A stretch of 64,000 nucleotides of DNA from Leidyana gryllorum EB-2025a. Lineage: Eukaryota > Protista > Apicomplexa. The translations under genes were made by a program, and so were the position numbers. The notes beneath the pieces were generated by a model, which did not search any database, was not told the DNA's origin, and saw nothing but the letters and a program-made list of their open reading frames with translations. The stretch covers positions 930,001 through 994,000 of the forward strand of contig JBLWGC010000104.1 in assembly GCA_048772705.1 (NCBI GenBank), written 5' to 3'. This document shows, in pieces, positions 49,301 through 59,367 of this stretch (the stretch's first letter is position 1; each line of letters opens with the position of its first letter).

Positions 49301-49636
49301 GATTCTGTCATAATTCAAGGCCTCGACGAAGTACGCAAGGCCAGAGTCGTACTCGCGGAAGATTTGACGGGATCTGCTACAGCGAGAACGAACTCCACTG
49401 TCAGTTCGCCCAGACGAGTCAAATCAAAGGAAACCGCTGTGGCTTTCAGGAAAATTGACCCTGACCCTCAAGTCGGCAGCAAGCTTCAGGATGAGGAAAG
49501 TATTACGCAGAGTCTACTGAGTCACTTCTCTTCCACCCCCAACTGTATGGGAGGTAGGGGCAATATACTCTGTGTTGCCAGACAATCTGTAATGGCCTTC
49601 AATCCCTCTCACTGGATCGAACTCGGCTACCACTGA
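46319..49636 (+). CDS. 1,105-aa intronless orphan protein, beta-strand-rich N-half and helical C-half
   Basis: Long ORF; first ATG (MDQRLEW) is preceded by a T6 tract. Weak haemagglutinin-repeat-like segments. Confidence 0.85.
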   Translation: MDQRLEWLNRWTAHGPRDPASERARSVLKDHTVEWLPAEGGLKHTYTLCLTSQAAINLDVLGHLSRLIASNPREWKVSSLVVRCESVVWEKPVLLELPVRISLSPSRDKTSSFLNSFDELVFGKPTDRSHHSKITLCARSKTSTPLREVVALSALVRTTCEIDITTGTVYGFESCNFRCPVSITAAEGPFEADSSPCTWRFKPKGDFQDLSIEGYHWPDSIVALTKIATHLQLLDECRDIAHISLRAAGFDLSLEGDAEPFRITKPLTITSTQQKGVVFCSPIELGARFVCEALVGPIALMAPCRGTDILLRAQKNSVTNHSQLTVSKLTVVAKKFENISIQEKDGCTPETSARAQVIASGGDPTHGNDQSCAYFMVGSFQNRRATVHADNVICIQLVDQPPDNKDLSPKAPKTPRAREYPILNTGHLYANGKICIIGSEFHMRFDTIQTDLSQMDLSEWDGDWLPVDEIGPPELFTGALRRKMEETRISFPDSQINPQRKHWWSEVVYCLPPDETALKWASIRGYPVLEINFECVNEDITSDTFVKFCPGHQVATEEWKTVCRMISDDQQRFAKGPLLKTRAGKLFWAPNDLVDIHECTPCRKCAFLWPRAEQLAYQDSFVRYSKYNSYEYSYEVPDIRNMTGWEMHQLTAAGLNSSEVPMLIALESLTLNVSESQITAGIVYSGSRISGDYHKLKAWGTRNTQKYLLRLPVREVEAEVQHNGCCHRDPISVVRGKAISTAADIVGRTLITSTPRDAEAVLDGFHHAMALKRYVDDSVMDPTVPHLELLLGNWFQRKPRLEGRLTIVDRFLVYHRLYRKLAASKGNEDLLRVREVDDVHTLRRSFTEIELFIIGHYVPTVFESVDDILDDCDGTLRRLADTDRKLTEEGEEELRDQLRDLSSVQRLAILSTFVRCFLPYIKDGSTLCFAGLKRLTLMIQSLPSADAEEELPWWVMRCLSAATIRECDPPQVIIATWKRNTLAQVLNERYSYYYDSVIIQGLDEVRKARVVLAEDLTGSATARTNSTVSSPRRVKSKETAVAFRKIDPDPQVGSKLQDEESITQSLLSHFSSTPNCMGGRGNILCVARQSVMAFNPSHWIELGYH

Positions 49637-50815
49637 TCAGTCACTTCCCACTCCTCGAATATCTGAGACGACTTGTAGCCATGAACGAGTTGAGGAATGC
49701 GGCAGCAAACATTCTCTCTGGCTGGTGAAGGTTGAAAGCTCTCTCGACAGCCCGCGAGACGGTCGAGCTCGCCACGAATAGATCACATTCAAATCCGACT
49801 GGGATGAATTCACAATGACATTGAAGCAAATATCCCACGAAATACTTGGGACTGTGATAGGCAGTGTCCTCTTCTGAATGGTGAGAGCGGATACACTTCC
49901 GTTTTCCGCTCGACGGCGGCACGACAAATCGCAACTCCTCCGCTAATGATCTGTGGACCCCGCCACAGATACTTGAGGTGGTGGTTGGCAAGTGTTGGAT
50001 GGATCTCTTTGGCACCTGGTGAAGAAACTTACTCCACACAATACCACATGACTATTGTATGACCGAATGTGGCGCATGTCTGACAATCCTGAATGCGACT
50101 CCGCTCCACAGCTCGCAACTCTCTGCTAACTTACCACAATGACAGGACCCCCACCCATTCGAGACAAACCTGAGCCCAGAATCTGGGACACATTTTTAGT
50201 GTACGCAGAATGAAGATCCAATGCCATCAAACAGATTGCTTTTGTCGGAAGCGACAGAGAGTCCCGATCACAGTGAAACACATTGATAATTTCCATTTGA
50301 CCGTGAAACTTATCCTTCGTGTAACGCTTTGCCGTGTACCGCTTTGCATATCCTCGCCCTTAGATCTTCCCTGCATATGGAGTGAGCGCGACTTTTTTGG
50401 TGCAGCGCTCAGCTATGTCTCGGGAACAAGGAGCGGTGCTACGCTGGAGGAATCGTAAATGTCCACATCGCCATTCGCTGATCACTCGAAGCTGAAAGTG
50501 GTCGACGTCTCTCATATTCGAAGATGATCAATCCAGTTCTCGATCGCAAAGTCACAACGATTGGCTCGTGGCTGCTGCCAAGGGGATGGAATGTTACTCT
50601 CAGGGAGTGTTTCTTTTCTGATCTATTTATTACGGCAAAGGGCAACGCGAGTTGCTGAAAGACGCACACCCACTATCCGGCACCGCCAAGAGTGCGATTA
50701 AGACAGCGTCTTCCTCCTCTAAGCACCCGCGCCCGCGAGACTGAGTCCGACAAGTGCAGTTTTCCTGACTAAGACTGAGCCAAGAGTGAGAGCACAACCC
50801 TTCAAGAACGGACAC

Positions 50816-51460
50816 ATGATCGGCAAGTTGATCAATGTGGGAGCCAAGATTATCGGACGGCAAGTGTTGGCCTATCCTGACATCGTATTCCACACCGATG
50901 ACCCTATTGCCTCGCAGCTGGTGAATTTCGCCGCTGGAGCTTTGAATGGGGCGGCTGTGGGAGCGATGGCCGGCCCGGCTGGTGTGGTGATGGGACTGAT
51001 TGGAGGAGGTGTCACCGGGGCAATGAGAGGTGGACCCTCCAGCTCTGCAGACGAAAATCAGACTCATAAGAATCCCTCATCGACGTACACCAATGACCAA
51101 AGTCGTCGATCGATCCGAGCCAATAAGTGTGCGTCCAACAGAATTCTCTCGGCGGTAGCAGACATCACCGCTACGGGACCGCGGGTGACGAGTCGAGCCA
51201 AAGAACACGCCGAATACATACAATACTCCTTGGAGGAAGTTACGAGAGTTCTCGAGGATGCCACTTGCAGCGCCCACCATAACATAGACAGAGAGCAATT
51301 TGAGTCACAGAAGAGTATAAAGGTGGATGACTTGGTGACAGAAGCCATAGAGCAGTTGAATGAGTTGGTTGACGAAGTGAACCACATATTGAGCCTCATG
51401 GAAGCATTCAAATACGACATGACAAGCACAATAAATGACTGCGATCTCGACAGATGGTGA
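50816..51460 (+). CDS. Orphan glycine-zipper + coiled-coil protein, island family member C
   Basis: AAGALNGAAVGAMAGPAGVVMGLIGGGVTG, then a helical region aligning with members A and B. Confidence 0.7.
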   Translation: MIGKLINVGAKIIGRQVLAYPDIVFHTDDPIASQLVNFAAGALNGAAVGAMAGPAGVVMGLIGGGVTGAMRGGPSSSADENQTHKNPSSTYTNDQSRRSIRANKCASNRILSAVADITATGPRVTSRAKEHAEYIQYSLEEVTRVLEDATCSAHHNIDREQFESQKSIKVDDLVTEAIEQLNELVDEVNHILSLMEAFKYDMTSTINDCDLDRW

Positions 51461-51890
51461 GAGCCACGTCATCCTACTGAATGTATACTTCTGTCGCTCG
51501 TTACCCACAAAGCTGTGACCATATAGGCCGCTGAGGAGAAAGCCTCGCCCCGTGGTACAACACCTTATAGATTGAAGTGGCCTCGTCCCTGGTGCGGAAG
51601 GACCCCTCTTCATCTTTTTCTCCTTAGTCGAGATTATGATACACCCAAATCAGTGGACGAACAAAACAACGGGGCTGACCACACTCAACAGCTATTCGGA
51701 TGATTCAGTAAACTCGACTTGATTTGGCGCGAGACCACATTGTCTTGGCTGTGAATATATCTTCTGCGGTGTCGGTGAGACTAAACGATTCGAATACTAT
51801 GAGGCGGGACTTCGGCCGTATCTGACTGACTGTGGGGGGCGTTGACTTTGGGATGTCGAATCACTCTGTAACCCGCAAACTTGAGGCACT

Positions 51891-51994
51891 CTGTCCAATA
51901 GATTGTGTGTGTCCGCCTCGCCGAACTGGGACAAAGGTGGATCTGTCCAATAGATTGTGTGTGTCCGCCTCGCCGAACTGGGACAAAGGTGGAT
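51891..51994. repeat. Perfect 52-bp tandem duplication
   Basis: ctgtccaatagattgtgtgtgtccgcctcgccgaactgggacaaaggtggat occurs at 51891 and 51943. Confidence 0.95.
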
Positions 51995-52204
51995 CTGCGG
52001 GGTGGACAATGGCTTCACTCATCGCAGAAACTGATTCACGCCCTTAGTCGCGCCCTTTTAGGACACTTAGTAATCACATCACGTCTCCAAGATCGACTGC
52101 GGCGAGTTGAGCCCTGAGATGATAACCAAACAGTCATCCGCCTGCATATCTCCGCTATCAGTCAGCGCAGCTGGCAGGAGAGAAGGTCTCTCTCATGCCC
52201 GAGG

Positions 52205-52790
52205 ATGACTGATCCTTCTGTTCCCTCAGCAGCCTTTATAATTCTAGCCGGCCCTTCCACCTCGCAGTTGGTGAGCCTCGCCGCAGCGGCTTTGAATGGG
52301 ACGAGTGCGGGAGCGATGGCTGACCTCGCGGGAGTCGTCACCGTATCAATGACAACTTTCAGGTCTGCTGGAAACAATTTATCAGAACATATCAGTCTTC
52401 AACATTCGTCTAAGCTCAACTTGTTGTCGACAGCCAGAAAATGCGTAGCCACGAGAGTTCCTGCAGCTATCGGGAACGCCAGAATGTATGGAGCATCTGG
52501 AACCCCGAGGAATCCACATGCAACGCCCACCATAACATACACAGAGAAGAATACAAAGTTCTCGAGGTGTATATGGCGGTGACAACGTGAGATCGACGAC
52601 CGGCTCGAGAAACTGAGCGTGGCCATCAGGGAGTAATCAATCACGGAACATACAGAGGGAACAATAGTTGACTGTGAATTCGAACGAGGGCCATAGGCGG
52701 GCTCATCCTGTCAGCGTGCCCTTCTCTCGGCCGCCCGGTGAGGCCAACCCGCTTCGGCCAACCCGTATGTGGAAGTGCCCTCTTCCGCAG
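52205..52790 (+). pseudogene. Decayed paralog of 50816-51460 (family member D)
   Basis: SQLVSLAAAALNGTSAGAMA versus SQLVNFAAGALNGAAVGAMA. In a shifted frame, EESTCNAHHNIHREE versus EDATCSAHHNIDREQ. Deletions, a frameshift and early stops. Confidence 0.75.
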
Positions 52791-52973
52791 TGTCAGAGAA
52801 GACGAGTGAGGTCTTGCCTCAAGGCCGTAAACCGCGGCATCGTGATTGGATCACATTCAACGGACTTCATCCCTATTGTGCTGCGGGATATGGAAATATT
52901 GACCTCGATGTTGGTGATCACTGCGACTATGACTGAATTATTCTGTCGCTTCGCTAACTAACTAAGGGATGAT

Positions 52974-55900
52974 CTACTTTCCAACTGGCTTTGGTGGTGG
53001 AGATGGCTTCACTTTGGCACCACCCCCACCTGGAGGCTCTGGGGGCGGCTTCGCGGGGGGTCCTTTAGCGCCACTCGGCGGCTTTGGCGGGGGTCCCTTG
53101 GCTCCGTCACCCGGAGGCTTTGGCGGGGGTCCCTTGGCTCCGTCACCCGGAGGCTTCGGCGGAGGTCCTTTGGCTCCGTCACCAGGAGGCTTCGGCGGAG
53201 GTCCCTTGGCTCCGTCACCCGGAGGCTTCGGCGGAGGTCCTTTGGCTCCGTCACCAGGAGGCTTCGGCGGAGGTCCTTTGGCTCCGTCACCAGGAGGCTT
53301 CGGCGGAGGTCCTTTGGCTCCGTCACCCGGAGGCTTCGGCGGAGGTCCTTTGGCTCCGTCACCCGGAGGCTTCGGCGGAGGTCCCTTGGCTCCGTCACCC
53401 GGAGGCTTCGGCGGAGGTCCTTTGGCTCCGTCACCCGGAGGCTTCGGCGGAGGTCCTTTGGCTCCGTCACCCGGAGGCTTCGGCGGAGGTCCCTTGGCTC
53501 CGTCACCCGGAGGCTTCGGCGGAGGTCCTTTGGCTCCGTCACCCGGAGGCTTCGGCGGAGGTCCTTTGGCTCCGTCACCCGGAGGCTTCGGCGGAGGTCC
53601 CTTGGCTCCGTCACCAGGAGGCTTCGGCGGAGGTCCTTTGACTCCGTCACCCGGAGGCTTCGGCGGAGGTCCTTTGGCTCCGTCACCCGGAGGCTTCGAC
53701 GGTGGTCCTTTGGCTCCGTCACCCGGAGGCTTCGGCGGAGGTCCTTTGGCTCCGTCACTCGGAGGCTTCGGCGGAGGTCCTTTGGCTCCGTCACCCGGAG
53801 GCTTCGACGGTGGTCCTTTCCCCGCTGGAGGAGTCTTCGTTGGGGCTCCTTTGGGTGCAGGTGAAGTTTTTGCTGGAGCCCCTTTCGGCGGAGAAGGTGC
53901 GGGTTTCTCGGGTGGAGGCTTTGTAGCAGCGCCCGCGGCTTTCTGACCAGGCGGTCCTTTAGCTGCGGCTGAGCTATCCTTGCCGCCTTTGAGTTTGGCT
54001 TTCGGGTCAGCACTGTCCTTCTTGGCTGTGGCGGCCTTTGCTTCGGCGGCCTTCTTGGCGACCTCTTTAGCTTTGGCTCGCATAGAGCTTTCTACCATCT
54101 TGCGAGCATCTCGAAGGAACTTCTCTTGAGGAGTGACAAACTTGAGATACTTGGCATCCCATTCGCGTTCAGGATTGACCAGCATTTGCAGCAGATCACG
54201 ATCCACCAACGCGCCTTGTTCATCGATACCCCAATGCGATGGTCGTTCGTCTGCAACAGTCCGGTGGCCGAGGTCAGTACTTTGCCGCAACTGTAGCGAT
54301 ATCGGCTCTCCTTCTCTGGCGGGTTGGAGGATTTGTGCAAGTTTCAGAACTCTCTGCATCACATTATCGATCCAGGCATCAATGTTCTTCTTGCGCTCAG
54401 CAGATGTCGTGCCGGCAAAGCGTATGTCAGTGTTCCCTCGCGTCAGATTCTGTCTACAGTCCTTGACAACTTCCCATTGATGCAGAAGAAGCTCAACGGG
54501 CCGAAATCCTTCTCGGCAAGTGTGCTCAAAGAGTTGTTCTTTGGTGTCCGATGGCTCGATCTGGGCCGTCACGGCTTCAAGTAATTTTTCTTCGGGAGCA
54601 GGCGACGGTGGCGGTGGTGGGCGCTTCAGATTCAAGTGTGCTCTGATATTCTCGACGATCCCGATGGCTGCTGTCAGTCGACGTTCCATCTCATCGGGGA
54701 ACAGTAAGAGATCATCAGAAAGAGTCTCGATTACTGGGATAGACGCATACGTTGGGAAGGAATTGGGCCGATCGTAGGCTTCGTATAAGTTATGAATAGA
54801 AGCGTCATTGAAGCCACCAATATGCAATTCCATAGCGTCGTCACGCCGTAGACGCCCACCAAACGCCACACGAAATGTTCGAGTGACACCAGCCACCAGA
54901 GCATGGAGACAATTTGCTCCAGTTTGCGGGGAAATATAATCCACCTGAGCTCCAGCAGCAAGTAAGACTCCGCAAGTGGTCAATTTGAGGCTGTAACACG
55001 CCAGCATGAAGGGAGTCTCGCCCCGGAAGTTTTGAGCTTCCACATCAGCCCCCGTCAATAGCAACGTACGCACTGTCCTATCATTTCCTGACAAGGTAGC
55101 GAGATGGAGGGGTGTTGCGCTCTCGACGTTCGGGGCGTTGACATCTACTCCGACTTTCAACATCTCGCGCACCGTCGCGTGTTTCCCACGTGCCGCAGCA
55201 TAATGGATTGCCTGCAATCCACCCACCAAAGGACTGCTTGTCGCTGTCAGTATGCGAAGGACCAGAGGTTGAACATCTGGCGTATCTTCGCCTTCCCCTC
55301 CGCCGATCAGTCTATTCCAGAAAGGACTATTGACCAGTTTAGAGTGATCGTGCTCTGTCGCTCGAACTCTGTCGAGGAAATCACATATCATCTTGGCGTG
55401 TAATCGATCTTGCCGCTTGATGGTAATGTCAGCGACGCTCGATTCTATCCGCTTGGCGCAGATGGCCAGAGGTATTGTCAGCCCCCACTCATTTCGAAAT
55501 AGTAAGTCCGTAGCGCGGCTCCTTCCCAGAAGATATTTGTACAACGCGTAATGTCCGTTGAGTGCAGCTACCCCCAGGGCGGGGAATCCGGTACGTCCAT
55601 CCACCGCTCGCATCCACATAGATTTCTCTTCGTCGGATGCTCCGCTCGTCAAGTGAGCTCTGATAGTGAAAATGTCGCCGATTCTACACGCAGTGAACCA
55701 CCAGATAGACGGGTCGCGATCAGACTGCGCCTGTAACTCCTCCTTCCCGGGAACTCCAGCACTGGGCCACAGTCTGGTCGATATCTGCGTCAGCTGATGG
55801 ATGCTGCTGATACGTCCCAACACAACTCGTGGCATGATAGCTTCTGAGGTCTCCACATTCAGTGACAAATACAGTCGAAGCTGGGTCACGCAGTGTAGCC

Positions 55901-58900
55901 ACTGCGGGCTTCCAGCTCCAAAGCAACAGTAAGCTGTCCATAGGGCTCGCCAAAGCGGTTCCGACATGGTTCGATCGATCGACTGTGGGGCCTCTTTCTT
56001 TCGTTTCAAGTCGCATATCACACGATAGGTTACTGCTGCTCTGACGCCCGCTAGATCCATGAGCTCCGGCCAGGCCAGAGGTAGAACAGCTCTCGCAGCA
56101 ACATCAGCTACTCGAAAATAGTCCAGCGCTTTCGCAAAGTTACGCTGAGGTTCGAGTTGCCATGCGCCAGCGAGAGCAGCAGCTGTCTGGTACAATACGA
56201 AATTGAAAGGGTGGGCCTCGATGATCAGCTCATCAAACAGATCCTCCAAGTTCCGTCGAACGAGAACGATATCTTCCTTCATCTCGCTGCCCGGTTGGAA
56301 TCGCTGAGTTAGGTACACATTCGCGAGATACAACGAGATAGCTCACTTTGATGAGTTCGGAGTACCTTTGAGACCAACGTCCAAGCTTGATGGAGCTTTC
56401 TCTAGCTTCAGTCAGGTTCACTTTCCCACAGTCGGTACATTCCCACTCCACAAGGGACACAGGGTCAGCAGGGAGCCCCACATAACGAACTTGATGCTTG
56501 CGGTACATCAGCGCTGTTATGCGTGGCGCCCGACGAGGACACCGAAAACCGAATACACAATTACGGCAGCGGATTCCGGACACGAAACGGTCCCCTTCTG
56601 CTGGATCACGACATCTACCGCAGATACAATCAATGATCTTCATAGAAGAGGAAAGCTGAACCGGTGATAAGCGACACAAAACACAACGCACCGCACTCAC
56701 GCTTTTTCTTGAGGAGCTGGGAACGTACAGATCCGCTAGCATGGAGAAACACAAGTTGGCTTTCTCGGGAATGGTACTGATAGCACGGAGACACACACCA
56801 ACTTTTGGATCATAATCGGCAAAGCAGTTTGGAATGCACGAGTGTGAGAAGTTACTCAATTCACCACACAGTACAATTCCCGTGGCTACCGGTCTTCCTT
56901 GACCTTGCAAACTCTTGCAAGCTGGACGGTGGAGCACTGGGAAGGAATGTGTGTGTAACCGGCAGATCAGATCCTCAAGATCTCGTTGACTCAGACTCAT
57001 CCGCTGTACTGACGATTATCCAAGTTACTTTCGGGTGGATCCACTCACATTGACCAAGGGAAATGTGTGTATCAGAAGTGCACTTAAGGTTGAGATCGAG
57101 CTCCATAGCTCCGGTCTTAGTCTCCGGGTTTCGCCTTCAAAGGAAGGCAGCCGAGCGACAGCTACTAGTGGGTCCCGTCGATCAATGTATACATGTTCAT
57201 CGACGGGTGCATTGCGGGCCAAGAAGGTTCGCAGGAGTAGACGTACCAACAAGAGAATGAATGCAGGATCGAACCCACTCTCTTGTGCCAACGGGAAGAG
57301 TTGGCAGTGAACAAAGGCACAACTGTATTTGTGAATTGGTGCATACCGTTTGAAGCACTGGAGAGAGCAGAATTTGAAAGGACACGAGTATGGCATGATT
57401 GGACAGTGATAGCCCATGTCCAATACATTTAGCTGCTCCAAACAGAAGAAACACGTAACTCCTATTTGCTTCAGCTCAGTCTCGTCGAATGACGGCGCGA
57501 TGGCCAGCTGATTTGTAACTTTCGAAGGCGCCACAAAGCAGTCATTAGACTCACCGGTTCTTCAGTCATCAGCAAGGTGCCGGGTAGGATCTTCTTGGTA
57601 GATAGCATGCGGAACGGAGTTCGTCCCTCCATTCGGAAGCAGTCTGATTGTGAGTTCTTTACCCAGGTGTTGGAAGTTTGACTGATTGACTTCCGACTTC
57701 TGGGGGGGTTGAGAAATTCTGAAGGATCATAAGGACTCCGTAGTGCCGCTGCCTTGGCAGACATCGGCAGGGTGTCGAAGCCATAGCGATGAGCGCGCAA
57801 GGCTACTTGGTGTAATAAGAGCCTTTCCGCAACTAGTTGAATCCGTCTCTTGTAAAGCCTCGATCTCTCCAGTGCATAGGAATGGAAAGCCCACTGGCAA
57901 TGGATGAACAGATCGAGTTCCCTATCCCGAAAGCTTACCAAATAAGCCTTGCGGAGCTCGCCAGTGCGTTCCAGCACTGTGCTGATCATTCCAGGGATTT
58001 GTGGATCCTAAATCAGTCTCAATTAACTTTGCTGTACTACGTTGCGCGCGCACCTCAGAAGCGTTAGGGAGTAGATGGTACAATAGTTTGATCGTCTCCG
58101 TTGGATCGGTGTCTTTGCGTCTCATAATATCAGGTAACCACTCCTTAACAACTACGGCCTTCTCCACAGTGATCTTTCCAGGGACGCGCACGGCGATCGT
58201 ATCGGTCTCCTTTGGTTCTCTTGAGACCACTTTACGGTCGAATACAATAGCTCGCAACTCTTCCAGCGCCTTCTCATCCCGAACAAGCATAACAGTGTCC
58301 GGTAACTTGCCCGTAAAGGTCGGCCGACCTTTAACCGCATGCATATCCAACCTCGGAATCAGCCGTGCTTGACTCCGCGGTGAGAGCACGTCACGTTGTC
58401 CGGCGGCTGGCGTTGTCGTGGGAGGTTGATCAGGAGCTGTGTCTTTTGCACTCGCCTTGGGCGATATGGCCTTCTCAGAGTGTGTATCGCTCGACCTGCT
58501 CGAAGGACTTCCACCAGGGGAGCTACGCTCGGAAGAGGAAAGTGAGCTGTCAGACGGACTGTCAGAGAGTGACTTCCCACCGCCGCTGCTGCTGCGGCTG
58601 CTGGAGCGAGACGATCTTGACGACGACCGGGAAGCACTCGCAGAGGCACTGGCGTCTCGATTCGACACCGACGAATTCTCATCGGGAGAATCCGACAGTG
58701 ATGAAGAGTGCGACTCTGATGAACTTTTGCGTGCGTCCTCGGCCCCCGTTGTACTCGGCATTTTGGTCGTCGTGCTGAGTCGGGCAATGGGTTTCATGGA
58801 GGGCTTTCGTGTGGGCAGCTTCCCCAGAGGCGCCGTAAAGGCTGGTGACTTGACATTTGCGAGGCCTGGAGGCTTCTTAAGTGTAAGGGGAGATTTGGCT

Positions 58901-59274
58901 TCTTCATCATTCTGGCCGACATTTGGGGCGGCCAGCTTCTTAATTGGTGCTTTGCCTTTCTTTGGCAGACTTTGAGGCGTATCTGCCCCTTTGGTGAGGC
59001 CGGCCTTCTGTTTCGGGCCCATAGGCATCTTCGCTGATTGGGGTGCATCGAGCGTCCCCTTCTTCTTAATTGCGATGGGTTCCTTGCCGCCTTTACCGGC
59101 CGGGCCACCCTTCGCTAGTCCTTTTCCTTTGGCAGGTTTAGGTGTAGCATCCTTGGAAGCTTCTTCAGTTCCAGGAGGTGCAGTCGCTTTGCCTTTTGGC
59201 TTTAATGGAGCCTTGAGTAGTGCTTTCTTCCGCGGCTGCTCGGGTCCAAAGCTCGGAGGGCTCTGAGGTTCCAT
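52974..59274 (-). CDS. SET/MYND-type lysine-methyltransferase-like protein with ankyrin repeats and a Pro/Lys-rich repeat tail (architecture reminiscent of Plasmodium SET9)
   Basis: ILPGTLLMTEEP, MYND-like CFFC..C..C..FCSLQC..H..C, FSHSCIPNC, post-SET CICGRC..CRNC..CTDC, and ankyrins AIHYAAARGK, TPLHLATLSGN, TPFMLAC. Five GT-AG introns join the ORFs. Confidence 0.85.
53077..53819 (-). repeat. 36-bp coding tandem array (~20 copies) encoding AKGPPPKPPGDG
   Basis: Unit ggaggtcctttggctccgtcacccggaggcttcggc repeated with few substitutions. Confidence 0.97.
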
Positions 59275-59367
59275 CTCCTCTTACATTCTAGGCGGTATGG
59301 TAGTTTGCACAACAGCTTTGATGGTTAGAAGCGCTCGCTATACACAAAATACTAATAAGATATAACT

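Noticed and set aside
53077-53819. CRISPR-like appearance of 36-bp repeats
   Set aside because: Units are directly adjacent with no unique spacers, lie inside a eukaryotic CDS, and no cas genes are present.
52969-54013. Long alternative-frame and antisense ORFs over the 36-bp array (GGFGGGPLAPSP, LRRSLRVTEPKD, WLRHPEASAEV)
   Set aside because: A stop-free 36-bp unit is automatically open in several frames; only the frame continuous with the ankyrin region is supported.
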